A DNA stretch of 63,835 nucleotides, counting the filler, from Reclinomonas americana ATCC 50394 (lineage: Eukaryota): the NCBI GenBank assembly GCA_048213135.1. It is 16 parts of 16 records of this genome, joined end to end, with 100 filler letters (N's around TTAATTAATTAA, not from the genome) between each part and the next. Parts side by side here need not be neighbours in the genome. Positions count along the whole stretch, not along the records: positions 32,794 to 37,727 come from AFZH01018344.1; positions 37,828 to 42,187 come from AFZH01018345.1; positions 42,288 to 44,645 come from AFZH01018346.1; positions 44,746 to 46,575 come from AFZH01018347.1; positions 46,676 to 47,843 come from AFZH01018348.1; positions 47,944 to 49,930 come from AFZH01018349.1; 10 more parts are not named here. One strand, 5' to 3'. Below the pieces are notes generated by a model. It was not told the DNA's origin and ran no database searches. It worked only from the letters and a program-made list of their open reading frames with translations. Both the position numbers and the translations under genes were made by a program. Below are positions 36,369 to 48,552 of the stretch, piece by piece (positions within the stretch are counted from its first letter, which is position 1; each line of letters begins with the position of its first letter).

Positions 36369-39300
36369 ATGAGTGACGCGGGCGACTCGCCCTCCACTAC
36401 GCGCCCACCACTCTTACTCTTTGTCAAGGTCACAACGCACTTAATCTCCGAATCACACGCCCTCGCTCTCTCACTCTCACACACACGCACAGTCATATGT
36501 CGCCGAGTGTCGTCAAGAGGATCCACATGGTTCCACTGTAAACAGAGCATTCGTGTCCATTGTGTTGGATGTGTATCGCAAGGTCAGTTGATCATCAAAT
36601 GCACACACACACACACATGCACACACACACATGCACACACACACACACACATGCACACACACACACGTGCACAGAGAGAGAGAGAACATGCACAGACAGA
36701 GGGAGAGTGTCTCTCCTTCCAATCATGATCACTCATTCACAAACGTACTCACTCACTCTCTCTCTCTCTCACTCCCTCCCTCCCTCCCTCCCTCCCTCCC
36801 TCCCTTCTCCTTTTCTCTCCCTTCTCCCTCTTCCCTCCCTTCCTCCCTCCCTTCCCTCTCTCTCCCTCCTTCCCTCACTCACCGCCTTTGCGCAGGGAGG
36901 ATCGGAAGCTGAAGGCCGCCTTGCCTTCACTGGGTCAGTTCTCTTCCCTCTCTCTCCCTCTCTTCCCTCTCTCTTCCCTCACTTCACGTGCAGCATTGAG
37001 CGCAAGTATCACCTGGGCGATGCTGGAATCACCACCGTGGTCAAGGCCATCATGGCTACTCCGACGTACCTGGCCTCACTGCGCGTGTTGCACTTGCCGG
37101 ATAACTCGATTGGTGCGTAGAAGCGATGTGCATCTCTCTCCCATATGACGTACCACGCTGTGCGTGCCGTCCCCGCGGGAGCAGCTGTCATCACAATGGC
37201 AGCAACGGAGCGTCGGGGAGTGTCAATGCCTCGGGTGCAGCTTCCTCATTCAGTCAGCCTGCGGGAGTGGCAGTGGATGCCACTCGCTTTCTCTCTCCCC
37301 GTTCTCGTCTCTTCTTGTTCTCCCTGCTGCTTATGTGCTCCTGTCGCAATCTTCTGCACTCGAGGACGCTCCCATCGTCTTCGCCTCCTCCGCTGTGTCG
37401 TTCACTCTCTTTCTCTCTCTCTCGCTCCCCCTATCGTCTTCGTCCTTCGCCCTTTTATGTTCACTTCATTTTCTCGTCGTTTCATCAACTCGAGATTGCT
37501 TGCTATGCGTACTTTCTCACCACAGCATCTCACTCCATCCATCATCTGCCTTTCCTAATTGTTTATTGATGTCGGCATCTTGATCTCCACGTCTTATCGT
37601 CTCGTTCATTCGTTACTGTTTCCGCTGTGTCCATGCTCCCTGCTCGTCCCCGGCTCGTGATTACTTCAGCGCACTCTGTCTCTGTATCCCGCCATCTCAT
37701 CCTCTTCCTCTAAATCCTCCCTCACATNNNNNNNNNNNNNNNNNNNNNNNNNNNNNNNNNNNNNNNNNNNNTTAATTAATTAANNNNNNNNNNNNNNNNN
37801 NNNNNNNNNNNNNNNNNNNNNNNNNNNATCACTCGACAATAATGCCTTTGGTGCTGAAGAAGGTCTTTCCTTCTCCTCTCTCTCTCTCTCCCTTCTCCTC
37901 TCTCTCCTCTTTCTCACCCTTCTACGGTGATACCAGGTTCGTCATTCCATGCGGTGGCGGCGGCTCTGAAACGCAATCAGTCATTACGTCGACTCGACAT
38001 TGCCGGCAACGACTTGGCGCTGCAGGAGTGCATCTTTCTGGAGCGCATGCTGCGCGACAACCAGACGCTTCTGCATTTGGATCTGTCGCGCAACTACATT
38101 GACGCCAAGACGCAGCGCAAGATCGAGGACATTTTGTTTCGCAACCAGGTCATTTCGTCGGGACAGTCCAACCGCTCGCCTGTCCCCGGAGCACGCGGAG
38201 GTGGCGGCGGCGGTGGTGGTGTGGGGGCAGCTGCGGCCGCGGCCCTGCCATCACTGCCACTGGATGCCGTCGGCAACGGTTCCCTGGACGATGTGATCGA
38301 CGCGCTGATCGAGACCGGGCGCACACCGCGAATACGTGTCGACGGAGTGGGAGATGCAGGAGGAGGAGGAGGTGGTGGTGGTGGGTACGGTGGCGGAGGC
38401 GACGACGACGATGGCGATGATGGTATTCCTGGTCCATTCTCGCCACCGACCTCGTCCTTTGCGGCGCCATCCAGGCGAATCGCCGGCGATCAATACTCGC
38501 CGACTTCCGCCTCCTCGCCATCGTCCAACGTGCCTCTGGCACTGCCCGACGACGCGTATGCCGTCGCCCCCCTGCGCCATCACACTGTTCGAATGCACAT
38601 GCACCAGTCGGCCAATGGTAGGGGACCTCCGCCTCCACCACCTCCCCCACCTGCCGCCGCCGCCGCCGCCGCTCAATCAGGGTCGACTCCGGCACGAGCT
38701 CCTCCAGTTCGTCGTCACCACGCGGCCATTGCTGTGCCCACTGCGCAGGCGGGTGGTGATGGAGTGATGCAACCGCGCCCGCCGGCCTCGCCACCGCCGA
38801 CCCGGTCGCCCACCAACTCGGCGACCTCACCGGCGAGCTCCGCTGCGTCACAGTCGTCGCCACCAAGTCGCTCGCCACGGGCGCGTATGGCTCGCATTGT
38901 CGGTCACGAGCAGCCGAGCCATGCGCCCGGCGCTGTGGGCGCGCTCGGACACTCTGCCGATAACATGTCGCCGCATTTTGGCCTGCGGGCGGTGGGAGGC
39001 AACGACGAGTCACCACTCGACATTAATGTTATGAGTCGAGCGGTGCTGGAAGGTGCCACGGGCGGCGCGGCAGGCATCGACGACTTGAGTTCAATTGGGT
39101 TCGACGACATTGACGAGCACAGTGCCGTCGGTGCTGATGAGCGGAGTCGCACGCCGTCCACGCCGTCGCCCGTCAGCTTGCGTGGCGAGCGAGTGCCAGT
39201 GGTGCGGCGCGGTGTCGCGCAGCGATCGCCACCCTCTATGACCGACTCGGACAGAGGCGGCGCACCGAATCAGCAGCGCATGTCCATGGGTGCCGACGAT

Positions 39301-42009
39301 GACTCGGTGGTGTCGGGAGGTTGGTGGACTCTTGATTTCGTTACTATTATTGTGTGCTTTGTTCTCACCATGTGCATGAACAACAGTCGACGACGACGCG
39401 GGGATTGGTGTCTCTCGAGTGCACGTGGTCACCGCCGTGCCAGCTCGCGCTCGACCCTACTGGTCGCCGCCGCCACCACCACCTGAGCTGCCACAAGAGC
39501 TCGACGAGGCCCCGCATGCTGCTGAATCGGGGGCGGAGGCGGCAGCTGCGGAAACACCTGCTGCCAATGGCGCAGGTCCAGTCGACGGAGGTGCGGCGCC
39601 TCGCGAGGCGTCGGAGACACGGCCGTCACTGATGCAGCGATTGTTTTTCTGTTGCCGACCATCATCTTCGGCGCGCACACGGTCATCATTGTCAGAGGCT
39701 GCAGCCGCACCACCGCCACCGCCAACCGTGCCCGACGCGCTCTTGCCACCGCATCTGCGCAACTCTGGTTCATCGTATCGAGTGCAAGGCGACGAGGCAG
39801 AAGGCGGGCCGGAGCGCGTGAACGGCCATGACGACGGTGACCATGCCGAGCCGGTGGAACCCGTGGCGAGCGGTGACTCGGCCGCGGCTGCTGCTGCTGC
39901 TGTCGAAGCAACAGATGCTGACGCTGCTGGTGTGCCTGCTGTTGAAGATGGTGCTCCGGAGGGGACTGAGAGTGGTGCACATAATGCTGCCGAGTCTGCT
40001 TCTTCACCACCGCCAGCACCACCACCACCACCACCATTGCACATGCCATCGTCGCCGAGCTTGCGTGGTGTCGCAATTGGGCTGTCTTCTGCCGCCTCAC
40101 TCGCACCAGCGGCACCGGAGGGTGACGGCGATGCACCAGTGGCGGCGAGGAGCAATGGAAATGCTGCTTCGCCACGACCGCTCTCGGTGCAGGCGACAGA
40201 CGATTCGTGGGATCAGCGCAAGCTGCAGCAAGTGCAAGACGCTGTGCGACGGCATGTGAAGCGCGGAGGTGCCGAGTTTCGCGGCTGGAAACTGCGAGTT
40301 GCGTGGACCCTTCGTTCCTCTGTGTGGAGACCAAGGTTGTTTCACACGGTTGTTGCAGGTTGGCGATGCGTCAGTCGAATCGTGGCCCGTGGACACTGAT
40401 GGCAACACTTTCGGCAACGGTCACCACCGCCGCAATGATGACGATGATGATGATGTGGATGACGATGATGACGATGCGGTTGACAGCGATCCAGGTGGCG
40501 AATACAATGAACGGCGACCGGAGCACGAGCGCCTCCTGTCGCTCACGGTGGTGGAGGCGCGATTGGGTAAGCTGAAGGGACAACGCAATGCCGTCCTCAG
40601 CTTGCTCGGTGGCAAGTGGCAATGGGAGTGGCAGCACGGTTACACGCCGCAACTGCAAGTCGTGGAGCTCTCCAAGCCGCGCTCGGCACTCTTCATGTTT
40701 GGACCGAAGACGAGGTGCGTCGTGTTGTGTTTGTGTGTGAAAGTGGTACTCTTGACGCTCACACACAATCGACCACAGAGTGGCATTGGAGTTTGCGACG
40801 GAGAGTCAATGTCAAGAGGCCATGCACACAGTTCGCACATTCAACACCCTGCACTGCCGCGAATCGGACCGGATTCGATCGGGATACGTGTCGTACGAGG
40901 TGCCGCCGCTCATCTCAAGGTTTGCAGAAGGGCGCACACATTTGTGCAAGAAGAACTGTAGTTCATCTTTCTCTCTGACGACAGGCGCGGTATGGCCCAC
41001 GATGACGATCTGTCTTTCACGCGCTACCGACCGCGCAAGTCCGTCACCATTGCGCCGGTATGGAAACTGCACACACGCGACAATGCGCAGTTTTTCTGAC
41101 GCTCCTTGCTTGGCTTGCAGGTGCAGGATATCATGCTGACGCCTGAGCCTCCTGTGACGCGCACCCCGCCCGGCGCGCTGCCTCCACCGCCTCCCGCGTC
41201 CGGCGCGCTATCGCCGCCGCACTCGTTCTCTCCGCCCAATCGATCCCGTCGCAACTCGGGCGCCGTTTCCACCTCTGTCATCACTGTCACCTCGTCACGC
41301 AACGAACCCCCGGCCAGTTTCATGTCACTGGCCGCCCCGGCCTCGCCTCCCACGCGCTCCACGGTGCCGATCACCGTTCGACCTGACAATCTTGATTTGG
41401 TGTTCCAGACAGGTGAGGCAGGAAAGGGGAAGAGGAAGAGAGGGAAGGGGGGAATGGAGAAGGGGAGGGGAAAGGAGAGAGAGAAGAGTGTGAAGAAGGA
41501 GAAGAGATGCAAACAGGAAGGGGAATAGAGACGAGAGGAAGGAAAAGAGAGACAGAGAAGTAACGAGAGAGACAATGAAGAAAGGAGATTAGAGGGTGAG
41601 CAGAAGATAAAAGGGGACCGAGGAGACTGTTCACTTTTGGGAGAGAGAGATGACTGACTTGTGTATTCCCGCCCCCCAACTCAGCGCTCTCCAAGGTCGA
41701 TCAAGACCGAGTGCTGAAAATGGTAAAAGTCGGCGGAGCCACAATGTCCACTCGTGTGGCGCAACTGTCGACTCGCGTCGGCGACGAGGAGGTGCATCTG
41801 GTCGACAATGTGTCACTCAGCGACATGTTGGCGGTGGCCGCCACCGCCACGGGAGAGGCGAGCTTATCGCCGCTGACGCTGCTGCCCGGCAACATGGCCA
41901 TCACTCGATTCAAGGTCGATGTGTCGACGGTGGGCTCTGCAAGTTCGCCGGCTGGCGCGCGCGTGCCTCAAATGTCGCTGACGCTCGGCTACTCGCGGTT
42001 CGTTGAGGG

Positions 42010-42013
<4 letters not shown>
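36369..42013 (+). CDS. RNI-like leucine-rich-repeat protein with long low-complexity middle and a folded C-terminal region, spans a gap
   Basis: LGDAGITTVVKAI..LRVLHLPDNSIG and ALKRNQSLRRLDIAGNDL..NQTLLHLDLSRNYID, then Pro/Gly/Ala-rich exons. TAG at 42011-42013. Start and continuity across the gap are inferred. Confidence 0.68.
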
Positions 42014-42054
<41 letters not shown>

Positions 42055-43066
42055 CATGAGATTGTTGTTGTTGCTCGAACGGTAGCTGCACGCGCACAGG
42101 TCGTTTGTCGTGCAGGAGCACGGTCGTGCTGTGATGATCACTGTGCACGGTCAGCATTCCGGGCCGAGTGCCATGTCGCCCGAAGCGNNNNNNNNNNNNN
42201 NNNNNNNNNNNNNNNNNNNNNNNNNNNNNNNTTAATTAATTAANNNNNNNNNNNNNNNNNNNNNNNNNNNNNNNNNNNNNNNNNNNNAGGGATGAGGAGA
42301 AGGAGAGAGGCTGAGAGGAGAAACGAGGAGGACAAAAGTGAGAGATATTGGAGTTATTCGTCGTCTGTAATGGTGGGGGAGGGAAGAGAGTTCTTTTTTG
42401 TCTGTTCTGTTTGAGCTCTTCGGCATCCTCTCTCTGAAGTACAGAGGTTACTCTCTCAGTCATGCTCTTCTATGTTTCACGTGTGCTCTGCACCGCTTTC
42501 CGTTTGATTTGTGGTCTGTTCGTGCTGATTCTCGATCTGCTGTTGTTCTTATTCGTGCTACTGTTGGTAAAAATGATAGCCATGCGGTCTTCTGCTTGTT
42601 AAGTTCTTGCCCTTCCTCTTGTCTCTCCTCCTCCTCTTCTCCTCCTTCTCCTCCTCCTTTTTGTTGTTCTTCTTGTTCTCCTCCTCCTCCTTTTTGTTAT
42701 TCTTGTTTTTCTTGTTCTTCTTCTCCTCCTCCTGCTTCTTCTTCTTCTTCTTCTTCTTCTTCTCCTCCTCCTCCTCCTCCTTTTTGTAATTCTTGTTGTT
42801 CTTGTTCTTCTTCCTCTTGTTTTCTTGTATGTCTTCCTCTTGCTTTCTTGTTCTCCTTGTCTCCTTCTTCTCCTCCTGCTTCTTTTTCTTCGTGTATTTG
42901 TTGTTGTTGTTGTTGTTGTTGTCGTCGTCGTTGCCGCTTTGGTGGTGGTTGTGTTCTGTGTCTCGTGGCATCCTTGCTGCGTCGTTTTGTGTTGCTGTGC
43001 TGTCAAGCATCGGTCCTGTTCCCCATTCCATGCGTCTGACTGACCCTTGCATCTCTCTCTGTGCAG

Positions 43067-43693
43067 CTTCGAGAGGAGGCCCTCGCAGCCGCCCGCCAGG
43101 AGCGCGAGCTGCGATTACAAGCGATTACCGAGAGTCGCAAAAAGGAGGCCGTGCTGGCCGAGGAGGTTGGCGAGGCGCGTCGCCAGGTGCAAGAGTACCG
43201 CGAGCAGCTGGAGCACCTGAAGGAGGAGGCCACCAGCGAAGTGCACAAAGAGGTATGTGTGTCTTTTTCCTTGCATCTCCGCACCCCCTCACTCATTTCC
43301 CTCCCCCTGCAGTCGGACCGACGACTGGCCATCGAGAGTCGTCTGGCCGAGGCCGTGGCCAAGCTGCGCTCCCTCACCGACCAGCTCCGTGCCGAGCGTG
43401 CACGTCGACTGGCGCTGGAGGAGGAGTTGCAGGTGGAGCGACACAAGGTGCGGAGTTTGGAGGACGAGGTGGAGCGGGCGGTGGAGGTGGCCAGGATGGA
43501 GGCGACTCGGCGAGCGGCGCAGGAGCGCGAGGCCGCCGAGCAACGTCGCTTGCGCGAGCTCGCCGAAGCATACACACTGAAGGTGCTGCGCAAGGCGCGT
43601 GCAATGGCCGAGAGCGACGACGAGGACGACACGATCGTGGTGGCCGTCGACGACGACGACGACGATGACGACGACGACGCCGTGTCGTTTTGA
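43067..43693 (+). CDS. Coiled-coil protein, last two exons
   Basis: LREEALAAARQERELRLQ.. E/R/A-rich heptads with an acidic C terminus. TGA at 43691-43693. Confidence 0.72.
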   Translation, partial: LREEALAAARQERELRLQAITESRKKEAVLAEEVGEARRQVQEYREQLEHLKEEATSEVHKEVCVSFSLHLRTPSLISLPLQSDRRLAIESRLAEAVAKLRSLTDQLRAERARRLALEEELQVERHKVRSLEDEVERAVEVARMEATRRAAQEREAAEQRRLRELAEAYTLKVLRKARAMAESDDEDDTIVVAVDDDDDDDDDDAVSF

Positions 43694-43731
43694 ATAATGG
43701 AAAACAATAAAGTCTAGGTGATGTTGTATTG

Positions 43732-45076
43732 TCACGAGTATGGTAGTGTGCCGGCCAGCGTGCCCATCCACACCAGGAACCCGTAGTACTTGTTCATGTC
43801 GAAATGCCGCCAGCATTCAGCCGGTACGTCGAGATTCACCGTTTGTATTTGCCACGCGTGGAAGACGGCTGTAGACAGAAGGCGAATAAGACATCCAACT
43901 TGATGCGCCTATCTTACGCTGGCACTCACCTCCCGCCAACACAGCCGCATGGAACGGCCATCCGACACCCGCCATTGCTCCACTCGTCCACAAACCCACA
44001 GCCGTCACCGCAGCGAATGCCGACAACCACGGCTTGGTGCGCTCCGCAAACGTCAACGCCGACGACCTCACACCGACCAGCACATCATCGCGCTTATCTT
44101 GATGCGCATAAATCGTATCAAAGTACAGTGTCCACGCCGCACCGGCCACATACATCGGCAGCGCGACCGCCCACTGCACCGAGCCCGCGACAGCCGCCGA
44201 GGCAATCAACACGCCCCACACAAACGTCACTCCCAGCACGGCCTGCGGCACGCCTAGGTAGCGCTTGGCGAGCGGATAAGCGACGACTAGCGCCACAGCT
44301 GGCACGCCTACGGCAATTGCCTGCGTGTTCAACGAGAAGAGCACGGCGGCGGCGATGGAGAGCTGTGCGGTGGCGAAGAGTGCCGCCTGTTGCATGCTGA
44401 CTGCGCCGGCGGCGACTGGGCGCAACGAGGTGCGCGCGACGCGACGATCAATGTCGCGATCCCACATGTCGTTGACGGTGCATCCGGCACCGCGCATGGC
44501 CAGTGCGCCGAGGGTGAAGAGTGCGGCGAGCGTTGCGTGGGTGGTATGCGGGGTGGAGTGCGTGAAGGCTGTCATGCTGGTAGTGGGGCAGGGGGAAGGG
44601 AGAGGTGTGAGAGGGGGAAGAGAGGGGAGAGAGGGAGAGAGAGAGNNNNNNNNNNNNNNNNNNNNNNNNNNNNNNNNNNNNNNNNNNNNTTAATTAATTA
44701 ANNNNNNNNNNNNNNNNNNNNNNNNNNNNNNNNNNNNNNNNNNNNAGAGAGGGAGAGGGAGGGAGGGAGGGAGAGAGAGAGAGAGAGAGTGAGTGAGCGA
44801 GTGTCTTTGTGAGGGTGTGAGTGAGGGGAGAGCTGACCTTAGTGACCAGAGTGCGGGGTGCAGCATGAGGTAGGTGCCGACGGGCTTATCGACGCGGGCG
44901 AGTTGGAGGTATGGTTGCCAGGTGGGAGGTGCGTTGATGATGAGCGATGACCATAGTGGTGAAGGTGACGGTGGTGGTGATGGTGGCTGAGAGGAGGAGG
45001 AAAGGAGTCGATGGATGGTGCCGAGGAGGCGAGGTAGTGGAGGAGGGGGTCGCAAGGGCGCGCGGAGGAGCAACAT
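43732..45076 (-). CDS. COQ2: 4-hydroxybenzoate polyprenyltransferase (UbiA family), spans a gap
   Basis: Transit-peptide-like start, PYLQLARVDKPVGTYL, MRGAGCTVNDMWDRDIDRRVARTSLRP, YPLAKRY, DTIYAHQDKRDD and last exon AWQIQTVNLDVPAECWRHF..PYS-TGA. Confidence 0.95.
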
Positions 45077-46053
45077 TGGGGAAGGACAAGAGATGCAGGA
45101 CCTCCGGTCCCTGGAAGCTGGCATGCAAGCGTGTGTATCGTACACCCAGCCAGCAAGCGACCTGTGCCCTCGACCTTTGAAGGAGGTCAAGGTTGCATGC
45201 CCAAACCCAGCAGGAATGCTGGTGAATTCGAAGGCATACAGAGGCAACCCCTGAAAGCCAAGCGTGCGTATCGTACACCCAGTCAGTGACAACGCTGTCC
45301 CTATCACACCACTGATCAGTGTTGTGATAGGGCTGTACCCTTGTGCCCTTGAAGGAGATCAAGGCTGCCGATTGATATTGGAAAACCAAGCAGGAAAGCT
45401 AGCGTGAAGGGGCAGAGACGAGAGTCTTGACAACTCCTGAGCTCCTAGCGTGCGTGTCGTGCGCCAGCAAGGTGCCACTGGGACTGCAGGTACAGCGACA
45501 ACAATTCATTCACCAACAAACAAGCATAGGGCTGTCTTGATGGCCAAGTCCAACCCCATCCAACGCATCAACGCAAAAGCCAATCTTGAGGCAGCAGCAG
45601 TGCATCGCCCATGAGGATGAACAGCGACCTCTGTGTCTCGCGGACAAACAACACCTCCAACACGGGAAGCAACCATGGCGTCCACATACTACCTGCTGTG
45701 AGTCATCGTGGAGAGGAGAGCGCAGAGCACTCACACAAGCAGTTGCGATGAGTCGATCAACGTAGTGTCATCCTCCTGCCCCTCCACTTGCTCGTCTGCC
45801 ACCTTCGCCTCGCGCTCGCTGATGGGCGCACCATTCCGGTGCACGAAGCTGGCTCGTATCGCGCTGCGAACAGCTCGTGCGGCGAACGCGGAACAATACC
45901 TTCGAGTCGCAGTGTCAAAGGCTCATGTATTTGCTGAGGGGATTCGTCATGTATACAGAGAGAGGGAGGGAGAGGGAGGGAGGGAGAGAGAGAGAGAGCA
46001 TTGCAGACAGCCTCCTTCTCCAAGCACCAGCAGTGAACTCTCACCGCGCGCGA

Positions 46054-46422
46054 TCAAGGCCGGCCGATTCGCACCAGCTCAGCATCCTCCGTGGCAGCGT
46101 AGGGCGCTCCCCACCTCTCCGGTGTCTTGCCATCGCTCTGGAGGCGCACGATACTGCGCACGGGCTCGCCGTCTTCGCGAATCGCGTACAGCTCCTGCGA
46201 GGGCGGGAGCGGCCGAGCGTCGCTGTCATTGGTGCCGCCCGTGATGGTCACCTCAATGAGGCCGTGAGGACCACCGATCTGCGTCCAGGTGCCATGACCG
46301 CGCGAGCCAAACATGAAATCGGCACCGCTGCTCGAGTCGCCGCTGCAGTTGTATTCGAAAGTGTGGTCCGCGTGCAGGATCACAGTGTGGGTGTAGTAGC
46401 ATTCCGAGTGCTCGGGGTTCGT
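46054..46422 (-). CDS. Hypothetical protein, terminal exon
   Basis: Acceptor after CT tract, then TNPEHSECYYTHTVILHADHTFEY..GHGTWT..-TGA. No recognised domain. Confidence 0.5.
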   Translation of the reverse strand, partial: TNPEHSECYYTHTVILHADHTFEYNCSGDSSSGADFMFGSRGHGTWTQIGGPHGLIEVTITGGTNDSDARPLPPSQELYAIREDGEPVRSIVRLQSDGKTPERWGAPYAATEDAELVRIGRP

Positions 46423-46488
46423 CTGCGGGAGAGAGAAGGAGCGAGAATGAGTGAATTGGCTAAAGTGATTGATCAACTCCTTCGCCAG

Positions 46489-46554
<66 letters not shown>

Positions 46555-46918
46555 TAGGTAGGTAGGTAGGTAGGTNNNNNNNNNNNNNNNNNNNNNNNNN
46601 NNNNNNNNNNNNNNNNNNNTTAATTAATTAANNNNNNNNNNNNNNNNNNNNNNNNNNNNNNNNNNNNNNNNNNNNGAGAGAGAGAGAGAGAGTGTGTACG
46701 TGTGTGTGGCGACTGCGTACCGCGGAGAAATAGTAGGTGCCTGGCAGGTGAGGATTGGAGTGCTCAGACTCATCTCGAGTATGCGATGCCATTCTCTCTC
46801 GCTCACAAACACAACAGAGACGCAATACAATGAACAGCGCTCACAGGACACAAGATGCAAGGCGAAATCTGCTCAATCAAGGTGTTGCTGGTGTGCACGT
46901 GTTTGTGGTTGCTCACAG

Positions 46919-47030
46919 TTGTGTGCAGGCCAAGAAGTTTGTCGAGTGGCTAAAGGAGGCGAAGAGTGAGGAGGAGGAAGAGGATGATGACGGCGAGGAG
47001 GAGGAGGAGGACGAGAGGGAGGGAGAGGCA
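46919..47030 (+). pseudogene. Orphan W2-domain C-terminal fragment (eIF2B-epsilon/eIF5-like), copy A
   Basis: LCVQAKKFVEWLKEAKSEEEEEDDD. Paralogous to 59299-59416, with no intact upstream gene visible. Confidence 0.55.
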
Positions 47031-47206
47031 GAAACAGAGAGATCTCGCAGCGAGCGATCGCGAGAGCTCGAGAGACCGACGGACGCATGCGCATGCGGAG
47101 AGTGCAAGTGTCGTAACACAGAGCTCGGATAGTGGCCTGTCTTTCGCCTTTTGTCTTGATCATCCGATTTCAAAGACTACCACTCACTCCTTCGTGCAAG
47201 CGAGAC

Positions 47207-48552
47207 CATGCAACACTTCTTCGTGGCCGACAGTGTGGGTGGCGACTTCATGAGGCATGCGGAGCAGTGGTCTCAGCAACGTGAACAACACATGGCGGAG
47301 AACGGCGAGGAGGGAGAGAACAACTTGATTGTTCTCCTCCTCGACTACAAGCTGTGTGTCCCGAGCTGGTTGATCTCACACTGAAAGCGATGAACTTTCC
47401 TCCCTACATCATCGACATGGTGGCAGACTGGATGCGGTACATGCCGTTCTTCGCGGCATGCAAGGATGGCTTCCACACCAAGATCATGCATCAGAAGATC
47501 GGCGTTCCCCAAGGCGACGTGTTGAGTCCGTTCATCTTCAACCTCGTGGCCTCCATCTTCATCCGCCGCGTCAAGCAGCTGGAAGTCGGATACCGCTTTG
47601 CCAAGGATCCCTCCATCTGTGTTCACGTATCCGCCTTTGCTGATGATCGCCACGTGTGTCTCTCATCGGTGCAACAAGCGCAGATGGTCCTGGACGAGTC
47701 GCAACGGATCGGCGAGTAGTCTGGCGTCAAGGACAACCCGGAGAAGTCGTTGGTCTTTGCGATCCGCGCCGTCAAGAAACAGGCCCAGCAACACTCCAGC
47801 TACGTGCTAGAAGAGTTTGACCCGAACCTCTCCCACACGGGGCNNNNNNNNNNNNNNNNNNNNNNNNNNNNNNNNNNNNNNNNNNNNTTAATTAATTAAN
47901 NNNNNNNNNNNNNNNNNNNNNNNNNNNNNNNNNNNNNNNNNNNACCCGAAGGACGCAGAGGCGCTACAGAAGGCGTACGACCGCAAGTTGGTGAAGTATG
48001 CCGAGCTGGTGGAGAAGATCCGAACGCACACTGAAGCGGTGGTTACGTACGTGCCGATTGTTTTCACCCAAGTTGGATCGTGCGCACAGACTACCCGGGC
48101 GTCGCTGAAGAAGATGGGCATTGAGGGCGGCCAACTGCGCCGAGTGGTGGACAGATGCTGCGTGGAGATCCTGCGGGCGGACTATGCGATGTTCGCTTTC
48201 CGCTGTGCCGGCCGCGGTGGCAACAAGGCTCAAGCAAATAACCCCTCAGCAGCAGCAGCTGCGCCGCAGCCTTAGGGCAACTAGAACCATCGCGTCGCTA
48301 CTGCAGCACCCAGCTTCAACGAGTTCAGCGTCGACGTCTGCGTACGGCTGCTGATAACAATGCGCCACGAAATCCTTTTGAGGCCAACACGTGTTTGATT
48401 GGCTTTGTCTCCTGAAAGGGAAGATGACTGTTGGAGATGATTTATCTATGTGTTTATATTGTTGGTATGCCAATGGTCATCGTCGGCAAGGGATTTGTGG
48501 ACATTTGTCGCATTATTGGAATGTGGTGAATGAAGTGTTTTGTTTTGTCAGA
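47207..48552 (+). mobile_element. 5'-truncated, decayed non-LTR retrotransposon of the RLE (restriction-like endonuclease) type
   Basis: RT motifs IGVPQGDVLSPFIFN and SAFADD, an in-frame TAG at 47717-47719, then NPEKS. After the gap, AYDRKLVKYAEL..YVPIVFTQVGS is typical of an RLE C terminus. The element is absent from the paralogous site at 59568/59569. Confidence 0.85.

Noticed and set aside
47354..47719. Reverse transcriptase as a retron, DGR or group II intron driving propeller diversification
   Set aside because: The motifs and downstream RLE-like segment indicate a non-LTR retrotransposon. It has an in-frame stop, and no template/variable repeat pair with adenine-specific differences was seen.
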